Assembly: GCA_030704615.1 (NCBI GenBank)
Contig: CM060731.1
Span: 93,248,001-93,312,000 of the forward strand
Reading direction: 5' to 3'
Source: Takakia lepidozioides
Lineage: Eukaryota; Plantae; Bryophyta
Length of the DNA: 64,000 nucleotides
A program made the position numbers and the translations under genes. Below are positions 24,840-37,239 of the stretch, piece after piece (the first letter of the stretch is position 1; each line of letters starts with the position of its first letter). The notes beneath the pieces are model-generated. The model had not been told where the DNA came from and searched no databases. It was given only the letters and a program-made list of their open reading frames with translations.

Positions 24840-27056
24840 TCAAGTGTAGTAATCCAATTGAGAATTGGAAGCACAGAACTAACTGATGTACTGATAGATG
24901 GTGGTTCTGGAGTAAATATCATGACAGACCAATTAAGGACGAAGCTTGGTCTAACTAACATGAAACCAGCCCCATTTACAGTAACAATGGCAGATCAAAG
25001 AAGTGTACAACCATTGGGATTAATAAGATGAGTTAAGATACAGATACAGAAGATGATCTTTATGATCACAGTAACTGTATTGAAAATGGATGAAGTCATG
25101 GAGGCTTACTCCTTATTATTGGGACGTCCGTGGCTGAAACAGGCCAGGGTATTCCATGACTGGAATTCTCAGTTACTAACCGTGCATAATGGGATACACG
25201 AGATACAAATTACCACAAAGAAATCTAGTAGATTACCTGCTACAAGAAGACCTCGAGGAGTCAGAGAGTATGACTGGAAAGGAGGACTGGATGAGGAGCA
25301 GGAAGCTACCCTATTTGCTGCACACCCAGAGTGGGAGCAGGTTGCAGAGATGCGGCTGGAAAGCCTAAGTTGTTTGAGAGGTATCTACTGTGGTGTAGTG
25401 ACAGCAACACCAACTGAAGAGGAAACCAGCATTTACCCATCACATTTCTATGAAGAAAGAGAAGGAGAAATAGAAATCCTAGAAGAACCAGCCACTGTGA
25501 GCTTACAGGATGAAGTGGTGACTGGTTGGACAATCACAGCTGATGAGCAGGTGAGGGAAGTGAATGTGGGAACTAAAGAGGAACCGAGGATGGTGAAAGT
25601 AGGAGCTGATTTGGAGCCGGAATTCTTCGAAGAAGCTAAAAGCTTGTTCATCAAATACAGAGATGTATTTGCTTGGAGCTATGAGGATCTAAAAGGGATA
25701 CCACCTGAAGTCTGTCAACATAAGATTGAACTGGAACCAGGGTCAGTACCAATCAAGCAGGCGAGGTATAGAATGAATCCCAACTACGCACAGAAGGTTG
25801 GAGAAGAGATAAAGAAGTTGGCTGAGGCTAAGTTTATATACCCAATAGAGTATACAACTTGGTTGTCACCCATTGTTATAGTTCCCAAGAAGAATGGCAA
25901 ACTAAGAGTATGTGTGAACTATAAGAAGCTGAATGCTTGTACGAAGAAAGATCCTTTCCCTTTGCCATTCACAGAAGCAGTATTAGACACTGTGGCAGGC
26001 CATGAGATGTACTCATTCATGGATGGCTTCAGTGGTTATAATCAAGTGCAAGTGACAGAAGAAGACCAAGGGAAAATAGCTTTCATCACAGACTGGGGGG
26101 CTTATGCATACAAAGTCATGCCCTTTGGACTTTGTAATGCACCAGCGACCTTTCAGAGAGTGATAAGTGAATCTTTTCATGAGTATCTGGATGATTTCAT
26201 GCAGGTATTATTGGATGATTTCAGTGTGTACAGCTCTAAGAATGAGCACTTGCATAAATTGGAGTTATGTTTGGCCAGATGCAGGATGAGAGGTCTGGGC
26301 CTGAATCCAGAGAAGTGTACTTTCTGTGTGAACTCAGGGTGCTTCTGGGACACATTGTGTGTAAGAAGGGACTCCTTGTGGATCCCAGAAAGACAGAGTC
26401 CATTAAAGCCTCTCCACCACCAGTGAATGTTAAAAGTCTACGGAGATTCCTTGGGCAAACCAGTTATTACAGGAGATTTGTCAAAAGGTATGCACAAATA
26501 GCAGCACCATTGAGCAAACTACTGAAGAAAGATGCAGTGTTTGCCTGGACAGCTGAATGTCAACAGGCATTTGAGGAACTTACACTGTCAGTAACAACTA
26601 CACCTGTGCTGATTAACCCTCACTGGCATGTAGTATTCCATGTTCACTGCGATGCATCAGGAGAAGCGTTGGGAGCGGTGTTAGCCCAGAATGTTACAGG
26701 GAATATAGATTCACCTGTGTACTATGCTAGCCGGTTGATGAACAGTGCTGAAAGGAACTATAGCACAACGGAAAGAGAAGCATTGGCAATGATCTATGCA
26801 GTGAAGAAATTCAGGCATTACCTGTTGGGCAAGAAGTTTATGTTCTATGTGGATCACCAGGCTCTGATATACCTGGTAAACAAACCTCTGATAAGCGGAA
26901 GAATAGCAAGATGGTTGATAATCTTGCACGAGTTTGAGTTCGAGGTTGTTTACAAGCCTGGGAGACTGCTTCTTGTGGCGGATCATTTGTCACGATTGTC
27001 AACAGGAGAACTAGCCACAGGAATAGATGATCAATTACCAGATGCGAGTCTCTTTG
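24840..27056 (+). pseudogene. Gypsy protease, reverse transcriptase and RNase H (inverted segment)
   Basis: LIDGGSGVN, MPFGLCNAPATFQ, LLDDF, HCDASG, NYSTTERE; frameshifts. Confidence 0.92.
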
Positions 27057-27059
27057 CGG

Positions 27060-29531
27060 CTTCACATTATAACTGGTCACCTTGTTGTTCAGGTCTGTGT
27101 TTCCTGTCTCTTGGGCAATTCGATTGATTGCCTGATACAGCGTGTGCCTACAATAAGGTGCCACAGCTAATAGCTGTCCAATGGTAATTTCTGCTTTGGT
27201 CTGGCATATTACTTCAGCCAAAGTCTCTTCATTACTTTGCATGTCTGCATCTTCTTTCTTCCTTTCTTCCTCACTCCCTTCTTTTTCTCCATCCGAATCA
27301 GAGGAATCTGCCACAGGAATATCAGTACTCTTTTGCATTTCCCTTATAGTATCTGCCACTTCCTTGTGCAGTTCCTTCTCATCTTCCCAAGTCTCTTCAT
27401 CTTCAGGCATATCATTGCCAGTTCCATTATCATCTTCTTCCTCTTCTACTGGAGGTATTAGTTTGGCTTTACTTCTTGTTACTATCATTGTACTTACTTC
27501 TGGTACAACACATGGCCTAACCATGTGAGCTGCCACCACTGGGCCCTCATTCACAGGAGCTCTCATCTCATTCTGGTGTCTTATCCAGAATGAACAGGCT
27601 GCCTTGCGATGTCCTGGCTGATTACAATAGTAACATAGCTCTTCACCATTGGGTCCTCGCCCTTGGTCTGTTCTTGGATTATTTCTATAATCCTGATTCC
27701 CGGGCTGGTAATTCCCCCTTGGATTACCCTGATAGTTGCCTCTGGAATTTCCTTGGTAATTCCCTCTTGAATTACCTCTCCCTTCCATGCCATTGTTATA
27801 ACCACCAGACCTACCATAGTGGTCCTGATCATTGTTTCTTCTTGGCTGGGGCTGCACCTGATGCACCCTTACTTGCCTAGGTTCTCTTGCAGCTGTCCTT
27901 CTGTTGTAGTAACAATTCTCAGTAGAATGGTTATCCATTTTACAGATAGTACAGTGTTTCTCCTTCATGTAGCATTCTGTGGTGGTATGGCCTTCATTCT
28001 GGCACTTTGCACACCATACACCCTTCCTCCAATGTGTTGCAGCCTCTGTGGCATACTTCTTCAAGATTTCTTCCAATTTTTTTTCATAGTTATCCCTCGT
28101 CAACTTCTCCTTTCTCTTACTCTTTCTTTTTAGTTCTTGCTCTTCTTCTTCATCTGACTCATCCTCAGAGTCCTCATCTTCCTTTTTCTCTCTCCTGAGC
28201 ATTCCCAATTGCTCAATTCTGTTTGCAGTTTCAAATACCTCCTCCACTGTATTATGGGGTAACATATCCACTTTCTTTTGCAACTCTGGTCTTAGTCCAC
28301 TCACAAACCAAGTCTTCTGTAAACCGGGCGCTGGTACTGCAGCCAGCTTTTTCATCATCAATTCCATCTTCTCCATATACTCTTCAACAGTTTCATGCTT
28401 CTTCTGCTTCAGCTGTTGTAAACTTCCATACACTTCATCCTCAGTTTTACTTGTCCTGAACCTATTTCGAAATGCTGTATTCAAGCCATTCCAGGTTAGG
28501 AAATGATTATCAGGGAATCTTGCATACCATTCACTTGCTTTCTTGATAAGTGAACAAGGAAACAATCTCATCTTGGCATCATCGCCATTCTCATTGTTCA
28601 CTATACACATGTGCTCAAATTGGCTAATGTGTACATCGGGATCCCCTTTTCCTGAATATATTGGAAAGGGTGGTTTTGCCCGTGTTGGTTGTAACGCCAT
28701 CTGTGGCCCTACCTTCTGCCCACTGACAGGTGCTGGCACCCTTGCTGGTGCTGGTCCTTCTGGACCTATTGTTTTTGTGGTGGATCTTCCACCAAGTGGT
28801 GGCCCTTGAGCACTCCTTGCTTCTGGCCCCACGATATTCACAGTATTCCCAGCTTCAGTTGCACTACTTCCCACACTCCCTGTCCCCCCAGAGCCAGATC
28901 CAGGCAGCCCGCCTGATCCCCTTGAGCCGACACCTTCGTTGGCCTGTGATCCAAGTGCTCCACTTGATCCAGGTCCAACGGGTTGGGATGTCCTCGTTGT
29001 AGTCTCAACCTCAGCTGTTGGGTCTACTTCTTCATATTCTTCCTCTTCCAATTTCTTCTCTCTGTTTTCATCCTCCAAGTTCTGCCCTTGGGTTTCTTCT
29101 TCACTCATGTAACTCAACTGTAATGGTGTTGGAGAGTCTGAACTCTCCGTTGGCTCTGCCACATCCTCTTCTCCTTCTTCACCTTCTGCTTCAGAAACTG
29201 GAGTTCCTGCTTTTGGTGTTCCATGCCAACTCTTATCAAAGATTTCTGTCAAATCTTTTATCCAAGGATATACCTCAGATCTTTCACCTCGTGATTGATC
29301 TTCTTCCTGTACCAATTCCCTTAATCTTTCTTGCAAAGAAACAGAAGGAGTGGCATCCAACTCTAGTTCTTCCGGTATAGGTGATGTACTCTTTGATCTT
29401 AATGGTGTGAGAGGTCCAGATGATTCCCCTATGTCTATTCCTCTCTCCCAAAGATATGGATAATTAGCTTTCAGATAGCTTTCTCTTTTTGCTGAATATC
29501 TCTGTCGTCTAGCTTCTCTTTCATCACTCAT
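27060..29531 (-). CDS. Gypsy gag with CCHC zinc knuckles (open, cut at the inversion breakpoint)
   Basis: Retrotransposon gag motif (LQQLKQKKHETVEEY); CAKCQNEGHTTTEC, CTICKMDNHSTENC, CYYCNQPGHRKAAC. Confidence 0.88.
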
Positions 29532-30299
29532 GTCCCATGTCTTTCATTTCTTTTAATTTGGCCCCCAATAGAAGAAAAAGTGTTGAGCAGGATCGCTAAT
29601 CTTATGTGCGCATTCTTGACAGACAAAAATTCAGCAGGATTTGGCACATGCGTGGAGGTTCTACATGGAGTCAGAGGAGAAGAAACTAACCCTCCCGGCA
29701 CTGGAATCGTATCTCAAAGCTGCGGAGGCAAGTACAAGTCGCGGATGGTAAAGTACGCGGCCATAGCTGATCCCACCCTTGGTACCGATTTTCTGGTGGA
29801 GGTGGGGAAGCACTACTCCCGCGCTCTAAAGCCCACAATGACATTGGAGAAGCTGCATCGTCTAGGTATTTGGCGCTTACTAATATGCTGGGTGGTTGGA
29901 CAGACCCGGTGGCTCCAAATCTAGAATGGTTCCCAAAGTACAAGGGACATGTGGAGCTTCCCCAAACCCGACAAACTGTCCGACCCCACATTCGACATGT
30001 GGATGAACCACATGACATGGTGGTTTCAGGTACTTTCCCACGCTTCATTTGGGGCGTCTACTCTTGTATCGGATGGATTTATTGTATTTTTTGAGGAAAG
30101 CGGTCTGATAGAGAATCTCCACAGGTGACGACGAATGCGCAAGAGCAGCTTGACACACAAGCACATCAGTTCAAGCTGGAGATTTCTGGTGAAGCAGAAA
30201 GCCTACGCGACTATGTGACGAGGTACTTTCTGCTCTACAAAACCGACCTATTCTTTCGAGAGATACCCCATGCCCGTCGGAGCCACGAGTTCACCGACC

Positions 30300-30815
30300 A
30301 CGGCCCCGAAAATGGTTAAGTCCCTGGGGTGGCTGGCACCGAAACTGGAAATTCGGCGCCATTTTTCCAGTTCCGGGCCCAGTCAGTTCTGGGACTTGGC
30401 CATTTTCGGGCCCAACCAGGGAAAATGGCGCCGAGTTTCCAGTGCACGGCCCCGAAAATGGCTTAGTCCCTTTAGAGGCAGGCACCTCAACTGGAAATTC
30501 AGCGCCATTTTTCCAGTTCCGGGCCCAGTGAGTTCTGGGACTTGGCCATTTTCGGCCCCAACCTGGGAAAATGGCGCCGGTTTTCCAGTGCAGGGCCCCG
30601 AAAATGGCTAAGTCCCTAGTGTGGCAGGCACCGAAACCGGAAATTTGGCGCCATTTTTCTAGTTCCAGGCCCAATCAGTTTTGGGACTTAGCCATTTTTG
30701 GCCCCAATCTGTGAAAATGGCGCCGAATTTCCAGTTGAGGGCCCCGAAAATGGCCAAGTCCCTGGGGTGGCTGGCACCGAAACTGGAAATTCGGCGCCAT
30801 TTTTCCAGTTCCGGG
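30300..30815. repeat. Intronic 146-bp palindrome repeat, second copy
   Basis: ggaaatt at 30347, 30493, 30639, 30785; upstream of the acceptor at 30885. Confidence 0.9.
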
Positions 30816-33161
30816 CCTAGTCATTTTCATTCCCTAAAATTTACCTCGTTCCCGGGACCTCATTTTGTGTGTTTCTTGAATGCAGGTACTGCAAGTTCTC
30901 CCTTTTGGAGAAAGGACATCTATCCTTCGAGCCGCCATTCTTCCTCGCATGGAGGAACCCTGGGGCTGACTCCATGTACACTGACGTTATCGTGAAGGAG
31001 TGGCATCTGGAACATTTGCGCGACTGCCCTTGGTATGTGGACCTTCCACCCGGCTCGCTCGACCCATCCGAGTTTCAATTGAAGCTGGATGTTGAGGCTC
31101 GACGAAACCGGGCTCCGTTGCCTCCTCTGGGTCCAAAGGAGGTGAGAGCGCTTGCCCAGTCCAGGAAAGCGGCAGAGCTTGCTCAGGCAAGTATTCAAGA
31201 GAAATTGAATGAGAAGAATAAAGGACAAAAGAAAAGGACATGGAAACAAGGGAGTACAGTAACCCCCAAAAAACAGAAAATCACCGGGGCACCAGAGGAG
31301 GCGCAGGAGGGGCCCCAAGGGAGTGACTCCGACGATGACTTTGTGCAAGGTCCTGTGACTACTGCTGCTGGTACCGAGTCACCGGTCGTCCGGGTTCCCA
31401 AGTCAGTTCGGACTGGGACAGGCTCTGCCAAGAAGTTGGCATTTGAAGGCGAGCCTACACGGCGGTATTCGGCGGTGACGTTTCCGAAGAGGCCAAAGCT
31501 AGAACCCCCAACCATCATCCAATGTGTCAATGAAAGCTTCATTGACGCTCTGGCTGCCAGGGCGAAGAAGGTGGCACACAACAAGTCTGTGGAGGAGCAG
31601 AAGGGGAAAGCCAAGAAGAGGGCTCCCAATACAAAGCCTACAGACACCCCTGGTTTCGAATCCATGATGGAATTCTTCACGGCTGTGAGCACGGATTGCA
31701 AGAGCACTCGGGGGGGGGGGGGGGGTTGAGGAGGAGAGAGCCTGCGATATGATTCTCCTCGATATTCCAGATGGGGAGTTGCTGGAGGGCCTGGATGGTG
31801 TGCCCACCTGGAATAGGTTTACTGAGGACTACTGGAGAGCCGGGTTTGGGCTGGCGGGGATGCTCCTGGGTGACGGTGGATGTATGGTGGTCCTTGCCAC
31901 AAGAGGGAAGACCACAGACAATGTTGTGGCAAGGTGACCTCACATGCGGCACGGGTAAGCCTTCACGTGCACATTTTGTCCCCTGGCCCGATTGCAATTG
32001 CATGTTGCATGCTACTAACCGCCCGCTTTGTCCCTCGGTGCTTCAATGTGGGCAGGGACGTTGTCCAACAGGCATGTCTTTGCCTTCGAGCCAGATACTG
32101 CCCTCCACAACTCTGAACTTGCAGCGGCTGAACGTCTGCCGAAAGAGGAAGAGGCATCCTCGGAGGATGAGGAAGAATCCGACGAGGAGCAGGGGGAGGT
32201 ACAAGTTGGGATCGAGGCCGAGGAGCTCCCGGTGTACGAGTGAGTGGTCGCATTGTAAGTTGCCTCCTGATTTCGTGAGGCACCTCCCTTCGCTCTCTTA
32301 TTTCATTGAAAGACCCTTTTTTGCTTCTGCTGGTATTGACATTCTTAAAATGGATTTGTTCGTACTGCAGGATGCCAAGTACTGCAGGAGGGACGTCTAC
32401 ACCACAGTTCATGGGCAGGAGGAACGTGCCTTTTTTTGCCAGGGGGGATTTCATGCCTAGTCCAGAAAGGGACTACATCCTTCCTACTTATGTTGCCCGG
32501 CTTGCTTCGGTGTCCATTAGGAGGTCTTCCGAACCTAGTCGTGTACAACAGATTTTAGACGAGGCAAGCCTCAAGAAAATGAAGATGAGGGAGGAGGCAT
32601 CAGCTATAAGAGCCCGTCAGGCTCGTAGATTTGTCTTGGATTCTGCTGAGGAAAGTGGGGGAGAAGAGGCAGAAGATTCCCAGGAGGTGAGGTGGACAGT
32701 CCCCCAAGGAGAGGACGGAATTTTTGAGAGGCATAGTGGAACTGATGCATCACAGAGCTTGGAGGATGGGGGGGATGAGGGGGATGAGGAGGAAGGCGGG
32801 GCAAGTTCCTTGGAGGGTGTAGGAGAGTAGTGCCGATTCCGGCTATGACAATTATGACACACTTGTATAGATGTGGCTTGCCACAAAATTTGCAATAAAA
32901 TGTTGCATTTCATTGCTATGACGAGTCCACTGGTGCCAAATTCCAACTTGATATGACCCTATTTCCGTGCCTCCTAACCCTATTTCCGTGGACACACAAT
33001 GGTCCGCTCATGATTTTTTTTTTTTCCGCTCATGAAATAGCAACCCCCAGCTTACATACCAAGGCCTAACAAACCATCCTAATTTATTGTTGGCCCAAAA
33101 ACTAGTATAGTTTTTGGTTCTTTGTATCATTGGACATACCAAAGTGACTGAGCAGTAAGTA

Positions 33162-33345
33162 TGTCGCGGCCCTTTGCCTTGAGGGCAGGGGGTCGGGACA
33201 CATCAGGGGCTGCCCCTGTGGTGGGGGCAGCGGCAGCGATAGGTATGGGGGGCTGAGGCACCCTTGAGTGCCCAAGGCACTCAGGGAAGCGGAGGCGCTC
33301 ACTAGGTGGAGCCCCGCACACCGGGTTGCGGTGGGGGTGGCTCCA
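33162..33345 (+). mobile_element. 5' fragment of a chromovirus LTR
   Basis: Starts TGTCGCGGCCC; reverse complement of 42924-43107; preceded by aagta. Confidence 0.9.
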
Positions 33346-33346
33346 A

Positions 33347-35182
33347 CCACTGTGAGTTTACAGGAGAAGTGGTGGCTGGATGGACAATCACAGCTGAGGA
33401 GCAGGTGAGAGAAGTGAATGTGGGAACGGATGAGGAACCAAGAATGGTGAAAGTAGGGGCTGATTTGGAGCCAAAATTCTTTGAGGAGGCTAAGAGCCTG
33501 TTTATTAAGTACAAAGATGTATTCGCATGGAACTATGAGGATCTGAAAGGGATACCCCCTGAGATTTGCCAGCATAAGATTGAACTGGAACCAAGGTCAG
33601 TACCAATCAAACAGGCAAGGTACATGATGAATCCCAACTATGCACAGAAGGTTGGGGAGGAGATCAAGAAGTTGGCTGAGGCTAAGTTCATATACCCAAT
33701 AGAGTATACAACTTGGTTGTCACCCATTGTGATAGTTCCCAAGAAGAATGGCAAACTGAGAGTTTCTGTGAACTATAAGAAGTTGAATGCTTGTACAAAG
33801 AAAGATCCCTTTCCCTTGCCATTCACAGAAGCGGTACTGGACACTGTAGCAGGCCATGAGATGTACTCATTCATGGATAGCTTCAGCGGGTATAACCAAA
33901 TGCAAGTGGCAGAAGAAGATCAGGGAAAGACAGCTTTCATCACAGATTGGGGTGCTTATGCATACAAAGTCATGCCTTTTGGACTTTGTAATGCACCAGC
34001 AACATTTCAGAGAGAGATAAGTGAATCCTTCCATGAGTATCTGGATGATTTCATGCAAGTGTTCTTAGATGATTTCAGTGTGTACAGCTCTAAGAATGAG
34101 CACTTGCATAAATTGGAGTTATGTTTGGCGAGATGCAGGATGAGAGGTTTGGGTCTGAATCCAGAAAAATGTACTTTCTGTGTGAACTCAGGGGTACTAC
34201 TGGGACACATTGTGTGTAAGAAGGGTTTACTTGTGGATCCCAGAAAGACAAAGGCCATTAAAGCATCACCACCACCAGGAAATGTTAAAAGTCTAAGGAG
34301 ATTCCTTGGACAAACCAGTTACTACAGAAGGTTTGTTAGACGGTATGCACAGATGGCAGCACCTTTGAGCAAGCTTCTGAAGAAGGATGCAGTGTTTACA
34401 TGGACAGCTGAATGTCAGCAGGCTTTTGAGGAACTTACATTGTCAGTAACAACTACACCTATGCTGATTAACCCTCACTCGCACGTAGTATTTCATGTAC
34501 ATTGTGATGCCTCAGGAGAAGCATTGGGAGCTGTGTTAGCCCAAAATATCATAGGAAACATAGATTCACCTGTGTACTATGCTAGTAGGTTATTGAACAG
34601 TGCTGAAAGGAACTATAGCACCACTGAAAGAGAAGCATTTGCAATGATTTATACAGTCAAGAAATTCAGGCATTATCTATTTGGAAGGTAGTTTATGTTT
34701 TATGTGGATCATCAGGCTTTGATTTATCTGGTGAACAAGCCTTTGATAAGTGGCAGGATAGCAAGATGGTTAATAATCTTGCACGAGTTTGAATTCGAAG
34801 TTGTTTACAAGCCTGGCCGTTTGCATCTTGTGGCAGATCACTTGTCGCGCCTAACAACAGGAGAGCTCGCCACGGGAGTAGAAGACCAACTACCTGATGC
34901 GAGTTTATTTGTAGTGGAGGTGCAGGGAAGTGCAGATGATTGGTTAGATTGGCAGTGCCAATTAGATACTATCTTAATCATGGTCAGTGCCCACCCAGTT
35001 ATGGGAAGGAACAGAGGAAGAGAATAGCTATCAAGGCTTTACCTTACACTATGATAGGTGGCAGATTATATAAGCTAGGACCTGATGGAGTTATGAAACA
35101 ATGCTTGTACCACCATGAAGTAAATAAAGTTTTGGAGGAAGTTCATAAGGGAGTGGCTGGAGGTCATTTTGGAGAGGAGACT
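33347..35182 (+). pseudogene. Gypsy RT, RNase H and start of integrase (same family as 24840-27056)
   Basis: FLDDF, HCDASG, GVAGGHFGEET; stop and frameshift; truncated at both ends. Confidence 0.9.
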
Positions 35183-37084
35183 GATAACGGCTATGCTACG
35201 AGGGACAGACAACGAGGGTCACAATGGGACATACTGGGTAGTGATGGACGTACACTACCTGAGCCACAGGCAGAGACAGCTAAGTACGCGGTACTTAGCC
35301 AATGGCGGGACAAGGGTACATTACCACGAGAGCAGTAAGGGGTAGTGTAGTAACCGTGAGCCGTGAACCACGATATCACACGGTCACGACAGCATCGGCT
35401 TTAACCAATAGAGGGAGTAGTGGACCGTTTACTGCCTCACGACCACCAGAACGAGCCACTTTTTAGCAAACCTTTTAGGTTGCGTAGGCAGTTAGGCAAA
35501 CGGTCATTAACGACCACAGGTTGTAACTTTGTTTGCTTCTTATGCAGATGCTCTCCTCTTAGCTACTGATTGTCTCATCTTTAGCCGCGTATATATCCAC
35601 AGGCGATCCTTTTGAGTTCCTCCTCGCAACAATCTGATCTCATTCAACTTTGGGCTAGTTTGTCTCACACTTTTCAGGTCTTGCTGCTTCTCAAACAACG
35701 ATCAACAGATATCAAGCTGCTACACCGTGTCGGTTAATCAGGGACCCCGATCTTGGTCTTCTGAAGAAGCCACGCTTGGCAATTTTGGACTCCCTGTGGC
35801 ATACAGTTTGTTGCTCTCTCCAACCCCAGAAGCTCCCTATGCTGTTGCTACAAAAAATTTATCTCTAGTGGAAAATTTCCCCAAACTCCAGCATTTCTCT
35901 CTTGCTACAGAGTTTGGTGGCCCCTCGCTTCGCACAGCGTTTTGATTGCCGCAAGACACAGTTCCCTCTGTTTGCTATGATCTTTTTGACTTGTAGCAAC
36001 ACGAAGTTCTTCCTGCCCAGCGCCGCTTTCCTGCTATTGATCTATTAAGAGCCCCGATGGCGGCTTTATCGTGTGAGTGTTCCCGCGCCAAGCTGGAGTT
36101 CACTGCACCCACAGAGGACGCTTCTACACCAACTCTAAAAGGTGGATTGATCTCGCCCAAGCAGAAGACCTCCCCCCCCGAAGGATTGGACGTTGCTTAC
36201 CCTTATCCATCTTACGACGGTTGCTAACCTCAAGGTTTATCTTGCTGCCTTTCTATGCCTTGTTTTCTTGGTGACTCCCACGCATTGTGTTTGTTTTCCA
36301 ACTTCTTTGAGACACAGTGCTTGCAGACCTGCACTATTGAAGGATGGTACTCAGTGGAACCCCGTCATCCCAATTCCATGGGTCACAGCTGACTGTTTGG
36401 ACAGAGAAACTGCTTCGAAGCGTCTAGTTTTGGGACGCAAACAGACCTACCCACCTTCCTTAGGATACTGCCACCTCTCCTATGGGGTTTGTTGCTCCTA
36501 CCTCCTCTTCACACACCAAGGGCTCACCACACTCTCAAATGACAAAACCACTCCGCTTTTTGGGGAAGATGCTCTCATTTTTCACATAAAATGACTCTTG
36601 GCCTTTACACATTAGGTCCTAGGATCTCCTTAGTCTCCCTAGCACTTATAGATGCTTCCTCCAAGCTTGCCTAAAACAACTAGGCTAATCTTTAAGCCAA
36701 CAAGCAATCTAGGACTTCACAAGCAAGATGCTAAGGCTAAGCAAGCTTCTCAAGCTAGCTCTCTAAGCAACTCACTAACAAGCACTACAAGCAAAAACAA
36801 AATGTAAAGTGAAGTGGTGAGCAAGCTCACCTCCTAATCTACTTATACTAGAAATACTATAAAAAAAGAATGGATGAAATCCAAAATCCTTGGATGGAAA
36901 AGGCTATCAACCGCTTTTTGGTTGGTAGGTGGCAAATATCATCCAACCAGCTGGTTAGGGGCGGTGCTAACTCTTGGGACCCAAAAATCCCATCAAAATG
37001 AATTTCTCTTGGCCACGGTCGCCCGAAAACCTCAAAAATAGTGAATTGTTGCTAACTTCCTCCAAAAATCTCGAAACTTGGCCA

Positions 37085-37230
37085 GCTTGATCAGCCATAG
37101 TGTTGAACACTCCCTTTGCATCCTCGATGCACCCACATTTTGCAAACATGTGCACCAGGGTCTTGTTCAGAATGACATCTGGTACAATTCCAGCTCTGAA
37201 GATGTCTTTCCTTTTTTCTACAGCTGTCAG
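37085..37230 (-). pseudogene. PLS-class PPR gene fragment
   Basis: AGIVPDVILNKTLVHMFAKCGCIEDAKGVFNTM; similar to 54140-54245. Confidence 0.75.
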
Positions 37231-37239
37231 GGAGTGTTC

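Larger units (their letters stand above)
23327..29561. mobile_element. Ty3/gypsy internal region with no recognisable LTRs and a 2.3-kb internal inversion
   Basis: gag on minus, PR-RT-RNaseH on plus, integrase on minus. Inserted in an intron with ~7 bp target loss and no TSD. Confidence 0.9.
21730..32830 (+). pseudogene. Second copy of the accessory gene: ParB/Srx domain plus beta-class amino-methyltransferase-like domain
   Basis: WDGNHRL (~22825); ACDMILLDIPDG..LLGDGGCMVV (31740-31895); DLTCGTG|intron|xSMWAGTLSNRHVFAFEPD (31936-32100). Stops, frameshifts and insertion 23327-29561. Confidence 0.72.
21693..33048 (+). mobile_element. Right half of the MULE (accessory gene and right TIR), interrupted by 6.2 kb of gypsy sequence
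   Basis: Homologous to 10798-15567; ends ccgctcatgaaatagcaaccccc at 33048. Confidence 0.88.

Noticed and set aside
26838-27060. C-terminal hydrophobic tail of the 897-aa gag ORF, suggesting env or a TM segment
   Set aside because: It is read-through into antisense RNase H sequence across the inversion breakpoint.
33306-33346. Novel N-terminus on an RT ORF (also chimeric ORFs 23118-23651, 45717-46682, 53719-54252)
   Set aside because: These ORFs cross rearrangement junctions.
35183-37078. Possible LTR or other retroelement remnants
   Set aside because: No partner LTR, PBS, TSD or protein motif could be established from this window.
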